From the NCBI RefSeq assembly GCF_009914755.1, contig NC_060930.1: 64,000 bases of DNA; one strand, 5' to 3'. This document shows, in pieces, positions 26,305 to 40,310 of this stretch. The stretch comes from the human T2T-CHM13v2.0 reference genome, Homo sapiens. Below the pieces are notes generated by a model. That model saw only the letters and a program-made list of their open reading frames with translations. It did no database searches and was not told where the DNA came from. The position numbers were made by a program, and so were the translations under genes. Every line of letters starts with the position of its first letter. The first letter of the stretch is position 1.

Positions 26305-28175
26305 TGATGGCAGTTGCCGGCCATCTGGAGCCGTCACTGCCATCACGCTGGCTGCAGCCGGGAAGGCGTGGGCAGTGGCAGCAGGGGTGGCTGCAGGAGC
26401 AGCAATGGCAGTGGTTGGTCCCCTGTGCCCCACATCCCCGATGCAGCTGACTGAGCCGCCCCTACCCTCGCACGGTGGGGCGGGATTTGCTCCCAGGCCT
26501 GGACCCTCTGCTGCTTCGGACCCTGGCCCCATGTTGCTGCTCTCCCCGGCTGCTGCTGCGGGGAGGGTGCAGCGAGGAGGCAGAGCTGGGCCCAGGGTGG
26601 TGCTGCGCTCCATGGAGCCAGCGGGAGCCGGGGACAAGCGAGAGCCATCCCCTAGGAGCCCACCGCCCCCGGAAGCCGCCGCAATGAGGCCAGGCGGAGC
26701 CGCCTATTAGCGCGGGAGCAGCAAGGTAGGGCATGGAGGGGCGGGCAGAGAGGGCCTAAGAGAGAACCTGGAGCTCCTGCCCCAGGCTGGAGGAGGTGTA
26801 GCCAGGGCTGCCCGCATGCTCCACTGAGCTGATGGGAGTTCTGCCTTCCCAGGCACAGGACCCGGGCGTCTCTGCAGTCTGCACCCATGAGTGCCTGGGA
26901 AGGCCCCCCTTTCCCATGCAGGCTGGGGAGTGTCTTCTCCCGCCGCCTGGCCTCTCCCTAATCCTGGTGCCCTGTCCAATCTCAGAGTGGGGTTGGGGCT
27001 GAGCCCAGTCACTGCCACAGCCTGGCTGGGTGTGCACAGACTTGGTGCACTGCTGACACACCAACGCCATGCTGCCTTGGCCCCTCCAGGTTTTGGGCAT
27101 GGATGAGTATGGGAGGAACCCAAGGGCAGTGTAAGTGTGGCTACCTGCTGGCCTGCAGGTTCCCCTTGGCGTGAGCAGCCTGGGCACCATGGACAGTGGC
27201 AGGAGGCAGACAGGCTTCTGGGCAAAGGGAGTGGGTCCCTGGTGAGGCCCCACCTTCATGCCAGAGAGGGCCTGAAGGCTGGACGCTGGGGTGCCAGTCC
27301 TACAGACCGAAGTGGGAACTTGTGGTGCCTTTTCCTGGCCAGCCCATGGCTGCCCACGGACAAATCTGTGCATTTCCTTCCCTCTGAGGCCCATAAAACC
27401 CTGGACTCAGCCAGACTCAGAGGAAGGAGAGCTGAGGAGACTACGGGACAACCAGCTGTAGAGAGCAACTACCCTCTCTGCTGGGAGCTGAACACTTGTC
27501 GGGACTCCCTGGCTACAGAGAGGAGCTGCCCACTGCGGGTCTCTTCTGAGCTGTTCTACTGTTCAATAAAGCTCTTCTTCATCTTGCTCACCCCCTACTT
27601 GTCTGCATACTTCATTCTTCCTGGTAGCAGGACAAGAACTTGGCACCTGCTGAATGGCAAGACTAAAAGAGCGATAATACAAACAGGGCTGAAACATGCC
27701 CCTTGCTCTCCATGTTACAGGCAAAGAGGAGAGAAGAGCTGTGGCTCTTTGGGAGCTCTCAGAGCCAGGGCTGTAATGCCCTCTTTGAGGCCCTGCAGTT
27801 CCTGGCATCTCCAAGCTTCTAAGCACCACTGTATTCCCTGCTGCCAGCCAGGGAAGCTGGTTGCAGTGTGCCTGGTCCAGCCACAGCCTTGCAGAGAGCT
27901 GGTGCCTGTGACGGTACATGGAGCTGCCCAACCCGCGGCAGTAGCATCTGACTATGCGCAGTGGCCAGAACTCACACTGGCTCGTGTACCCCTCGCCACT
28001 CCACGCCTGGCTCACCCTTGGCAGGTGTGGATCCAGGTCAGTAGCATGAGCCTAGCACAGCCTGCCTGGCTGAGTGGGTGGAATGAGCCCAGCAGGCCTG
28101 AGCAAAAGTCGGGCAAAGGTGCCACCGGCCACAGGTTTCTGGCCAGAAAAGTGACACTCCAGGGATCCTGTAACA
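26305..28175 (+). mobile_element. MER52-family ERV1 solo LTR, full length (1871 bp)
   Basis: TGATGGCAG... start and ...GATCCTGTAACA end (TG..CA); 4-bp TSD GTGT at 26301-26304 and 28176-28179; GC/CpG-rich U3; CATAAAA at 27392; AATAAA at 27565. Confidence 0.88.
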
Positions 28176-28578
28176 GTGTGAGGGAGTCACCAGGGGAACA
28201 CTTACTTCCCTCAATTGTGTTGTTGAAATGAGAGAGCAATAGGATGGGGAAGATTCCAACCATTGGACAACAACCTAAACATTCTTCTATTACAGCATCA
28301 GCTCTGATTGCCTTAGATTTTTGAGGAAATACCTTTTGCCTCATTAAACTGAGGATGGTTTGTATACAAGTTATTCCATATAGACTAAATCCCAAGTCTA
28401 TACAGAGAAATCAGCTATGTTTGCGAAGCAGCTCTGTGGGCAATGGGGTAGCTCGTTACCTCTATAAGAATGTGGTTGCGCAGGATCAACTCCTACAGAA
28501 ACGTGAATGTGATGTTCTTGATGATGTTTAGCTCCTCGCTGTTGATCCAATGATCCCTTTTAATAAGCAACGATGGTA

Positions 28579-28986
<408 letters not shown>

Positions 28987-29889
28987 CTAAAACGGTGTGA
29001 TGTTTGTCTAGCATAATTGTGAAAATGACCCTTTTTCGTGCTATTGACTTATAGCCCTCAAATGTCCTTGACATTTACATGCATTCCTATGGCTCTTAAA
29101 CAGACTTTGTGTTTAGAAAATGTAAAGTATTTCTGCTGCTTCTGATAAAACTTTTCACAAGTCTTCTAAGCAGAAAGTCCTTCCAGTTTGGTGATCCACA
29201 GGAGGAATTTGCTTGAATTATTTCCTCCCCTGTTTCTTTTCCTAATAATTTGTAATACAAGTTCTAACATGAAATTAAAATTCTTTTATAATTTCATTAT
29301 CTAGAAAGTTATTTTGCAGTCTGCTGAGGATCCGATGTTGAAGTACAGCACAGTGTACAAAATAATTCTTGTTTTAATACATTGCTATGGCTCTCAAAGG
29401 AGCCTCCGCTTGGCTCAGTTCATCATTAGTTTCTATATTACTCAGGTTTCCAGGTCTTTAATACAAAATGAAAATTAAACAATATTCATTTTGCCAGGGC
29501 AGTTCATAGAGAAATTGGTTTTAAAAACCTTATATTTTCCAATTAGAAAGGCTCTTGTAACCATGTCTTGTTTTCCTAGTTGTTTAGAACCCAAACACTA
29601 GAAGCCAGAAAACCTTCAGAGAATGGACTCAGAGCCCCCAAGCCCCCATTGCAATACACACCATTACTACTGATGGGCACTAGTTAAAACCTTATGAAAC
29701 CACTAAGCATATTGCAGGAAACCAAATTCAAACAATATACACCCCCAGTGAGTTCTTCAGGAGATCCAAAGAAACATTTTTAGCTTGTACATAAATTAAA
29801 AAATGAGTATTTTTAACTAGTAGTAATTATGGTATTTTGGCTTATTTACATTAGGCCATTTTTGTATTCAAATATCATAAAGCCACATG

Positions 29890-30100
29890 GCATGGTGAAA
29901 AGGCATGAGCTTCGCAGCTTCAAAAATGTTGGACTGAATTCTGTTCTGTACCTTAGAAGAACAAATTGAATTAGCCACTTTAAGCCTCAGTTTACTCATT
30001 TGTAAATAAGAGATAATTGTGCTACCTCATAGGGTTGTTATGAGTATGAGATAAAACATAATTGAACACCTAGCATGTAACTGGGCATAGAGCAGCCTCC
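29890..30100 (+). mobile_element. MIR
   Basis: aagcctcagtttactcatttgtaaa...tacctcatagggttgttatgag. Confidence 0.8.
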
Positions 30101-30352
30101 TATTAGATTTTCCTTTCTTTTCCTTTTACCTATCAATTATTTAAAAATGGAACTGGGTAGAAAAGCATGAAAGTAGAGCCTCCTGAATTTTGCTGCTGAA
30201 AGTCAGGCTCAGATATGTGGATCAGACTTTATAAAATCTCACCAAGCCCCCAGCATTGATATTTCTATAGCATTAACAAAAGAGAAAAATGAGATTTTTT
30301 TTTCTTTCTCTGGCCTATTATTTTTTGATTCTTTTTTTGTTCACTCACTTAC

Positions 30353-30818
30353 AGTGTATTTAAGTGGAAATCACTTCAAGCCCTTGGACCACCCTCCGAA
30401 AGCTTTGCTAAATCTCACATTTTTTGGTTTCACTCCAGATACAGTACTGTGTCCCCTACCTTTGAAGTCTTTGAAGTGTCCACATTGTAGGCTGAACCTG
30501 TAGTGAAGCCCAAACTGGTGGTTTTGACTGCACAAACCCATGTAAAGCTGGGACAGGTGGATTTGAAGCCTGATATGAGAAGGGGTGGTGTTCGCTTCCC
30601 TTTCTTGACCCCCACCTCTCTCCACTCTTAGTCTCTTCAAACACTCCTGCTATAGTCACAGACATATCAAAGACCACTGTACTATGGCTGCAGTGACACT
30701 GAGGCTGGAAGTGACTGCTTTACCCGACCATATCTGTTCACTGCCTTAGGGAGTGAACTGAAGCGAGAAGTACATCATCAGGTGTTTTATCGCAGCTGAT
30801 GACCTCATGTTTCTTTAC
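30353..30818 (-). other. Candidate non-coding exon on the - strand
   Basis: On the - strand, acceptor TTCTGATTCAAATCTCTCCCAG and donor ACT|GTAAGT bracket a non-repetitive segment with higher GC than its flanks; no convincing ORF. Confidence 0.25.
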
Positions 30819-31059
30819 CTGGGAGAGATTTGAATCAGAAGTAAAGGATGGCATAAGACATTTGGAATGTGGACTATATATTGCAAATTATTATAAAATG
30901 TTATTATTATAAATTATATAATAAATATAAATGTGATTTATATTTTTATAGTTCTGCAATGTATAACCATATCTTTTAATTTTATATTATTTTTCAGTTT
31001 TAAAAATAAATATGAATGGTATCATACTATACAATTTTGTTTTTAGTTTGGAAGTAGTA

Positions 31060-31345
31060 GGTTAGTGAAGTTAAGAGCTAGACTGCATTGGAATACTTCT
31101 TTGCCACTAACTAGCTGTATGACCAGGTAAATAATTTGCTCTTTCTGTGCCTCAGTTCCCTCCTCTATTAATGAGATTATAATAATACCAATCTCTCAGG
31201 CTTGCTACTATTGTGACTTGTGCTTAATATTAAATATTAATAAGAATACAGTTAAATATTATATAAATTAACATATATAAGTCACTTAGAACAACACAAG
31301 GCTTTGTGTTACAAATACATTGTAAGCACTATGTATTTGCTCTTA
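31060..31345 (+). mobile_element. MIR
   Basis: gccactaactagctgtatgacc...ctctttctgtgcctcagttccctc. Confidence 0.75.
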
Positions 31346-31349
31346 TTGT

Positions 31350-33300
31350 TAAAATTATGTTTAACTGCTATATCATATATTATTGTCTAAATATGCCATA
31401 ATATATTTATCTATTCTCCTATTGATGAGTATTTACTTCTTTCAATGAGAAGTATAAAAAGAAAATGAACATTTTTGCGTGCAGTGCCTGAATATGATAT
31501 GCAAAAATATCTGAAGAAGAACACTCAGAAGAGGAATTCCTGGCTTACAGGGTATGAACACCAACAGATTTACTTGTTACTGCCAAATGGCTCTCCAAAC
31601 AGTCAGGCTAATTCACGCTCCTAATGTCAGTGCATGAGAATTTCCATTGCTGTACATCCTTGCCAACTGTAACATTTTTACCAATCTGGTGGGTGTGAAA
31701 TGGGAATGAATGGCATCTCATTGTTTACATTTTATTATCAATTGGGCTGAGAGCCTTTTTCAAGTGTTTATTGGCCATTTGCGATTCCTCCTCAGTTTCC
31801 ATCCATCCCTTGCCCATTTTTTATTGAGTTTTCTTTTCCTTATTGATTTGAAGGAGTTCTTTAAGTATTTTTAGATACTAATTATCTATTCGTTTTATTG
31901 ATGTAACAGACTGTTCCAAGTCTGTGACTTGTCTTTTAACTTTGATTATACTATCTTTTTGTGAAAAAATTTAAATCTTATAATTAGTTCAATGCATCAG
32001 TTGTTTCCTTTATAGGTTGAGCTTTTCTGCAACTTGTCTAGAAAATTCTGCCCTCACCCAAGTTGGTAAAGGCATATGCCTACATTTTTTAATGAAAATT
32101 ATAAGAGTTTTGGTTTTTATGCATAGATCTTTAGTTCAGGTGGAATTTGTTATTTATGGTGTGAAGTATGTTTCTATTTTTTCCGTATTGATAACCAATT
32201 ATCTCAACAAAAGTTTTGAGTGCTCTATTTTAATTTTTTCATAGATTTATAATGTCCATTCTGTCATGTAAAAGGTAGCCATATATGCAAAGTGTTCTTT
32301 CTGAGCTTCCTATTCTGTTTGATTCATCAACGTGTTTAACTTGCATCAATAGCGTATTTCAAAATAGCTTTAAAATACATTTAATATCTGTTACGGTTTT
32401 TTTCACTTTGTTTCTTTTAAAAATAAACTACTTTTGACATTTTGCTCTTTTGTGTCAAGTTCCATGAAAAACTCTGTTGGCATTATAAGCTGAATACACT
32501 GGTGATACAGATGAATTTGGAGAAACTTATATCTTTATATATGCCTTCTAATCCACTAGCATGACATAGTGCTCTATTTAGGTCACAATTTATGTGCTTC
32601 ACTTATATTTTCCTCATATTTTATATTTTTATCCATAAAAATGTTGAGTCTTATTTCTTAGGTGTATTTTGAAGAAGCTAAAGATTTTGCTTGCTATTTT
32701 AAATGGAAGGTTGTATTTTTTTCATTTATAATTTTTAATTTGTATATATGGGTATATAGAAGTGCTCTATTCTTTTAAAGCCCTAATCATAAGTTTGTAA
32801 GTCTCCTTCAATTTTCTGCATAGGCAAGCAGTTTTATTTCTTCATTCAGCCTTTATGTTTTCTATTTTTCTTGTCTTATTGCATCATCTATAATATATAG
32901 TGCAAAGTTGAATGGAAACTATAATAGAAGGCTTTTGTGTCTTTTATCTGATGTCAGTATTATGCAGTCACAGGCTGCTGATTGCTGCAGGTTTATTTTA
33001 CTTTTTTAAGATCAGAAATTTTTATTCTGGTAAAAAACACATAACACATCTTTCTTAACCATCTTTAAGTATACTGGAGCTGTGGGTTTTGATTGATGCC
33101 TTTGGTGAGGTCAAGAAAATTTCCTAGAACAGCATTATACTTTCTAACAATTTTATTTTAAATCATGAGTTTTGTTGAACTTGTTTTTGCATATGCTGAG
33201 CTAATCATTTAGTTTTTTCTATTTTAATCTGTCAGCATAATATTTTCCATTAATGGCTCATTTTTTATACAAACTATCTTTGCATTCCTGGGATAAATGA
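31350..33300 (-). mobile_element. Old L1 (L1ME-type) 3' ORF2/UTR, antisense
   Basis: ctattctcctattgatg; cagtgcatgagaatttcc; gtgtttattggccatttg; ttgcattcctgggataaa. Confidence 0.8.
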
Positions 33301-35169
33301 AACATGGGCATGGATGAAGATGTAGGGGATGGGATATGTAAAGGTCTCAGAGAAGAGCAGTCCAAGAAGAGAGGTCAGCAAGTATGAAGCTATTGAGTTA
33401 GCAGGATGTTTGGTCTACTTGGAAGATGGCTGAGTAGCATGGTCCGATGAGAGTACTATTCCATCTAGGACATCCCTGGTGACAAATTATCCAGGCAAGG
33501 AATTCAGTGCTTATCAGGGCAGTGTGCTCCTTGAACATCTCCCTTTATCTTCTACCCTAATTCTTCTATTGATTCAGACCACATATGTTACCCTTTTTTG
33601 CTCTTTGGAAGCAGAGCTAAACTTTGTGCTCTCTCTAATTCATAAAGCTACGTCTCTGTGGGCTGAATTTCTCCTATGACAAAATTCTATAATTCACTTC
33701 TGGACCTTTTTGGCCAGCATTTGAACCTGACCTATATAGATAGTGGTGAGTGAACAGAAAGTATGCCTGAGACACACTGGACTATTTCCTGGGTCTGTGC
33801 TGCTAAATACTATCTTTTATAAGTGATTGGAAGAACACTGGAAACATCTCCAAAATGTGCTAAGTTGATCCTGATTATTGTGAGACACAGGAGGAAAAGA
33901 TATCATTCTATTTCAAGTGAGTCAAATTAATAGAGATATTATATTTTTCTGGACTTTGTTCAAAAGTAAGATGTCCTGGAAGTCTAAGCATAGTAAACAC
34001 ACTCCTTGTATACTTTGGATCTAAGATTTAGTGCTAAAACTGGAAGGCAAAGAATTGGAAATACTGAGTGGGACACATGTAATACATTTTAAAAAGGCTG
34101 GAGGGAGAAAACACTAGAACTCTGTCTCACCTATGTGTGGGGCCAAAGGCAGAACAATCTCTATATGCCTTTTGGGGCAGATAAACCCATCCATCAAGCT
34201 GCATCTGGTGCACAGACTGAGGCCTTGACACCTATGTGCTGAAGGATTTATTGGCCTTGTTCAGGGACTCGTAAACCTACTTCTTGGTTTTTCTCTGGCT
34301 CCTTGTCCATGCTGTACTTTGAGTCACTAAGCCTATTGGTTATGCTGGTTGGTGTTTCAGTCCTCTCCTTTGTGAAGAAAGAGTACTACACTTTTTATGC
34401 CTTTGAGTATCTCAGAGGCTTAGGCAACTCCTTAGCAAAGAAATCTTCATACTCGCCGACAGATGACACAATGACAAAGCAAGGGGATTGTATTTTTCTC
34501 TCTAACCTTTGTGTTATCTCTCCGTTTTTACACTTTGCACTAGCGCATAGTTTGGCCTGCTAGTTTGATGGCATTTTTTTTTCTTTTCTTTTAGGTTCTT
34601 CTTTGGAATTGGTGGCTGGCTGCTTGCTTATGAGTGTAGACATGTGACCCAAACACTCCTCCATCACTGCTCTGTGGCCTCAGGTAGCTAACAGCTCAGA
34701 CACATCCACCTTTGTCATTTGACACCTTAGTTTTGCTCTGCCCTGAGACTACCAAGCATAGGTTTACGTGGGAAGGTGAGGTAAAGTATTTTTGTTTCAA
34801 AAGAACTATTTGCCTGAAAAAGCACTTATCTTGAGATTTCTTTAAATGTTAAACTCTCCAAATATCTCTCTAATTAATTCTATTTGTGAAAATTCTATTT
34901 AGATATTCAGTAGATGTGGTATGGTATGAATTAGCACGTGTCTATAGCAAATTACAATACTAGATGTAAAACATATTTGAAATGAATTGTTATCATTTTG
35001 AAACTGTTCAAATTGATGTAGTATTTTAAAATGATAAGCTGTCCTGTGCTGCATTGAAAATCCCTTGAAAGGTGTGTGGGGAATGTGCTATTGGAGGCAC
35101 AAAAATGTCTGGTTTTAAAACAATAGTAACAATAGATACATATTTGAACTTTAATGATTCCAAGTATTT

Positions 35170-35620
35170 TTCTTATAATGTTTCTTATAATTCTCATATT
35201 AACCCTTTGAGGTATGTGGTATTTTTACCCCGTAGAGAATCAGGATAGTCCAGTAAATAAAAGCTTATGTCTTGGATCCAGACTGGGTTTTAAATCTGGG
35301 CTCTGTTACTTAACTAAATGTGTGAGCTTGGGCAAGTGTTTAACCTCTCTGTGTCTTGTATTTCTTACTGGTGAAACGGGCACTTATCTTTATCGATGAT
35401 TAAATACATTAAAATATCTAAAACTCTCAGAACAGTTCCTGGCACATAATACTCAATAAATGTTAGTGCTGATTATCTCTTACAGAGAGGTAAACATTTT
35501 TACAGATGCGTAAACTGAGGAACTGAGGCACAGAGTGGTTAAGATGACTTATCTGAGATTAACATATTAAGTATAAGAGCTAGAATCTAACCCTGGAAGA
35601 GTGACCCAACACAGATGTCT
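35170..35620. mobile_element. Nested MIRs (a + strand copy at ~35250-35470 within a - strand copy)
   Basis: gagcttgggcaagtgtttaacctctctgtgtc (+); ttttacagatg...aactgaggcacagagtggttaag (-). Confidence 0.7.
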
Positions 35621-37229
35621 TTTCACCGGTACTCATACAAGAAACTATTCCTTGTGGCAGGAGGAGCCAGCCAATATATTTTATTAAATATATTAATTCT
35701 GTAAATGTGCAGGTGGTATTACCCATTATTATTCTCTGAAAGTACTAGAAATTGCAAAAATAAATTCTGGCTAAAGTTTATCTTCGGGTAGAGTTAGCTT
35801 TATTTGTAAATGCCAAGTAATCTTGTAACCTGTTTCTGTCCTTTTCTGGAGGAGAGAGCATCACTGCTTTGTCAAGATCAATTAAACTAAACAACATATA
35901 TGGACTTAAGGGTAACAAGGACTCCAAAGATCAAATGTGTAACTTGGAGTCTCTGCTCTCTACCAGCATTTTAAAGCCCCTGTCTTCCTCTTCTTCACTG
36001 CCTGGACTCTCTTGTATCAATATCTCTAAGGCTCTCTGTCCTTAATTTTTTTCTGTCTCATTATTTAATAACCTAAACCTATATCATACTACAAATACTA
36101 AGGAAGACAAAGAGTGCTTGTTTATAAAAGTTGTGATTATAAATCACCAAATAGTGAATATGTTGGACTAAGGAAATTAAATTAAAATAATACTGATGGA
36201 CTAAGGAAAAAAGAAAGAAATTTAATAGGAGATCAATATCTTAAGTTAGTTTCACGGAGTATTTGGCTAGATTTTGCTGATGGTAGTTCATATAAAAATA
36301 CCTTATCATTTTGGGTAATACAAGTTCAAAATGAATCAACAGGCACACTTTTGCTCTAAGACTTTGTATACTTTTGGACTATGTGAACAGATGTAGGTTT
36401 CCCAAGTCAAGCAACGTCAGACATCAGTTGTGCCAGCCACGCTCAATGCATCTTGTGTTGCATTTTAGAAGGGGATTTGAGAACCTGGAGATTTCAGGCA
36501 CTGATCATTAGGAGGTCATAAAAGTCATGATTTAAGAGTCTGAAGGATGGTTATTTTGGGAAAAAACAAATATAGCATGTACTTCTGTTGGTGTGTTTCT
36601 ACAATGTCCCAGTTCACATGATTGGAAGGAGGCCCCTGACAGGATCAGCAAGCAATGAACATATCTCCTAGGAGAGGCAGCAGCTTTCTGCTGTTGTATG
36701 CAGTTTATTTAGTGTGATGGCTGTGGGCCCACAGAATCAGTCAAAATCAGGAGAAAAATGAAATAATCACAGGAGAACCTTGGTTTCAAATGAAGCAGAA
36801 GAAATGTTGGGATTACCAAGAAATATTTTTGTTGAGTGAAAGGATGTTCTGAATTTCTAAACACAATAATCATTTTAATTAATTTAATTATAAGTACATT
36901 TTTATATCACATCACTTGGGATGATTTTCAAATTGCCTTATAATTAAGTAAAGTGACTCAGTTCTTTCAAAGATAAGTTACTTTGGGAACTGCTGAAAAT
37001 ATGGTCGTTGACTAGACACAATATAGGTGAGTAAGAAACAATTCTAGAAGCAATTCAGGGTGAGTATGTATGTGCATGTGTTTATAAATCATAGAGTTCG
37101 TTAGTGCTATCTTTTTTTTAACAAATAAAAATTGATAGCATCACTTTAATGGGTGTGTTAATTTTCTATTTTACAAATGCATTGAAATTTTAAAAAACAA
37201 ATCTCTAAATTGAGGCATTTAGGTTTGTC

Positions 37230-37620
37230 AACCTTTTCCTATTATAAATAATATTTTTTTCAGCATACGTCTGCACACATTCTTATACACATGTGTAATT
37301 ATTTCCCTAGTTCAGGTTCTCAGAATTAGAATTGCTGGCTTAATGGAATACATCATTTAAGGTATGTTTCCAGATTAGTTTACCTCAACCCATATTTCTA
37401 CTAGCATTTAGCAAGAGTACCGTTTCCCCCAGAGTATCAACAGACTTTTAAAATTTTTCCAGTGGATAAGTGTAACATGTTATTTCCTTATTGTTCTCAT
37501 TATATTTACTTGTGAGAGTCAATATATTTTGTTAGGTCAATTGATTATTTCTATTTATTTTGGCGAATTACTTTTTCTTTTTATAAGAATGTCGTTCTTT
37601 TAGTTTAGTTTAAAGAACAC
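37230..37620 (-). mobile_element. L1ME-type fragment
   Basis: atttccctag...agaattgctgg...caagagtaccgtttcccc. Confidence 0.6.
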
Positions 37621-38066
37621 TGTAGCAGAAAACATTGGTACTTCACCCACATGCCCTCAGATTTCTTTCCCATTTTTTCAGACACTGGCTTTGATTATGT
37701 TCTTTCTCCCAACAAGAAGTATATTTATCTCTCTGCACAGGGGCTTCCAGAAGTAGATTTGCTGTGTGCCTAAGGGGTGGGCAGAGGTGTCCTCAACCAA
37801 GGGCTGACTGGCAAGCACATAGCTATAAACACCAAAACTCCCTCAGCCCATGAGGGAGGAGACAAATCTGAAGTGTGACTTGCACTGTGTCGGAAGTCTC
37901 CTGCATGAATGACCCTAGGTTACCCTCTGCACGTATTTGCTTGATATTTCAGCCTTGCCTGGCTTCCTTTCCTTTCTTGTCCTTCTGCCTCAATCCTTGA
38001 CAATTTTCCTAATGACTTTTACACAAATCCTTGTCTCAGGATCTGATTCTGTGAAACAAAACTTAA
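37621..38066 (+). mobile_element. LTR16-family (ERVL) LTR
   Basis: TGTAGCAG start; ctataaacacc; acacaaatccttgtctcaggatctg near the 3' end. Confidence 0.7.
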
Positions 38067-38380
<314 letters not shown>

Positions 38381-38460
38381 CCCTAAAATCTTAGGACAAA
38401 CATTTTCTTCATTAAGAGTATTTTCTCTCTGTTGTAATGATTAGAAATATTTGCCACACT

Positions 38461-38769
38461 TATTTTTTCAAACTTTTAAGTTCAGGGTACAAGTGCAAGT
38501 TCGTTACATAGGTAAACTTGTGTCATGGGGGTTTGTTGTACAGATTACTTCATCACCCAGGTATTAAGCCTAGTACCCATTATTTATTTTCCTGATACTC
38601 TCCCTCCTCCCACCCTCCACCCTTCAAAAGGCCCCAGTGTGTGTTGCTCCCGTCTATGTCCAGATGTTCTCATCATTTAGCTCCCACTTGTGAGAACATG
38701 CGGTATTTGGTTTTCTGGGTTAGCTTGCTAAGGATAGGACATGGATGGAGATGGAGGCCGTTTTCCTTA
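38461..38769 (-). mobile_element. L1PA/PB 3' end with a short inverted 5' segment
   Basis: Antisense 3' UTR (gttacataggtaaac...gtgagaacatgcggtatttggttttct...ttgctaaggata) followed by sense-orientation ggacatggatggagatggaggccgttttcctta. Confidence 0.85.
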
Positions 38770-38959
38770 ATCTCATTTTCTTTTAGAAGTGTTTTACCAC
38801 ATATGCTGTATTGTTTTGTCATATACTGAGGCAAATTAGGTTTTCTTTTCTTTTATACACTCTACTTTTGCATATTGCTTAACAATTTCTTTATATAGAA
38901 TTATATATAATAATATTTATTTCTCTTTTTATATAAATAGTTCACCTTTATTTAGTTTT

Positions 38960-40310
38960 CTATTTAAATTCATAGATTTACTCTGCTTATGGTTTGTTGA
39001 GGTTCTTAAAGAGTTTAGAGTTCTCATCAAATTTGAGAAATTTTCAATATTATTATTTTAAAAAATAATTTTCTGCCTCCCTCTGTGACTTCAAGTATAT
39101 ATTTTAGACTGCTTTGTATTGTCCCATAGAACCCTGATGCTGAGTTCAGTTTCTTAAGTCTTTTTTTTCCCAATTCATAGCTTCATTTTGAAGAGTTTCC
39201 ATTGCTATGCTTTCAAATTCATTGATTTTTTTATTGTAGTATCTAATCTGCTAATTATATCCAGTGTATTTTTTATGTCACATACTATATTTTCCCTCTT
39301 TAGAAGTTCCATTTGTGTTTTGTAATATCTTCTATTTATCTCCTCATGATATTCATGTTTTCCTCTGTCTTCTCTAATGTTTAAAGTGTACATATAGTAG
39401 TTTCGACATCCTTGTCTACTAGTGTTATCTTCACTGTGATTTCTGTGTCTGTGTCCATTGATTGACTTTTTTTTCTGGTTTGGATCATATTTTCCTGCTT
39501 CTTGGCATGTCGGGTAACCTGCAGAGTGTTATCATTCTTTGAATGCCAGACATCATGAGTTTTGATTGGATGGCATACATTGTGAGTCATATACTATTGG
39601 TTGTTGGATTTTATTACATGTTTTTAAATAATGATGTGTTCATTTTGGTGTGCAGGTAAGTTTTATAGACTCAATTAGATCTTTTTGAGACTCTCCTTTA
39701 AGCATTGACAGGGCAAGTCCAGAGCAGCTTTAGTGTACTGCTAATTTAGTCCATTGCTGAGGTAATACTCTCTGAATATTCCACCCAATGACGCATGTCT
39801 TATCCCTCTAGTAGTTGACAGCAAAACGATTCCCAACCCTGTGAAAGCTCTAGGTATTAACTACTCCTTTCTGGTGGTTTCTTCCCTATCCTCAGGTAGC
39901 TTTCCTCCTACATGTACAAAGCAGAGCTCAGCCAGTCTTAGAGTAACCCTCATGCATGTTGGCAGCATTCAGTCTGTGGACAGCCTCCTCCTCTCTGCTA
40001 CTTTGCCCTACACGTTTTAACTGCCTTGGTCTTTCCAAACTGTAATCTCTGTCTCCTCAACTAAGTGGGGCAACTGAAATCTGTTGGAGTTCCTCCTCTC
40101 TGCTCTGTGGCCTGAAAATTCTTCAGGCAGGAAGCCTGTGCAATGACAGGGCTCACCTTATTTGTTTCCCTTCTCTCAGGTGTCATGGTCTTGTGTTCCC
40201 TCTAGATGAGTGTATGAAACCATTGTTTCATAGGTGTCGTCCAGTTTTCTAGTTGTTTAATGTGGCAAGATGAGTGTGGTCCCTAATTCTCCTTTGTTGC
40301 TGGAATCAGA
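38960..40310 (-). mobile_element. Old L1 ORF1/5' region, antisense
   Basis: Track peptide KTQMELLKRENIVCDIKNTLDIISRLDT is ORF1p-like; tggatcatattttcctgcttcttggcatgtc. Confidence 0.75.

Noticed and set aside
27137-28231. 364-aa ORF, the longest in the track
   Set aside because: Lies almost entirely within the GC-rich MER52 LTR, starts at GTG, spans the LTR's own TATA and poly(A) signals and has no recognisable domain; likely a chance stop-poor frame
33436-33460. tggtccgatg, resembling a Y RNA 5' end
   Set aside because: Similarity ends after ~10 nt, and the site lies in L2-like sequence
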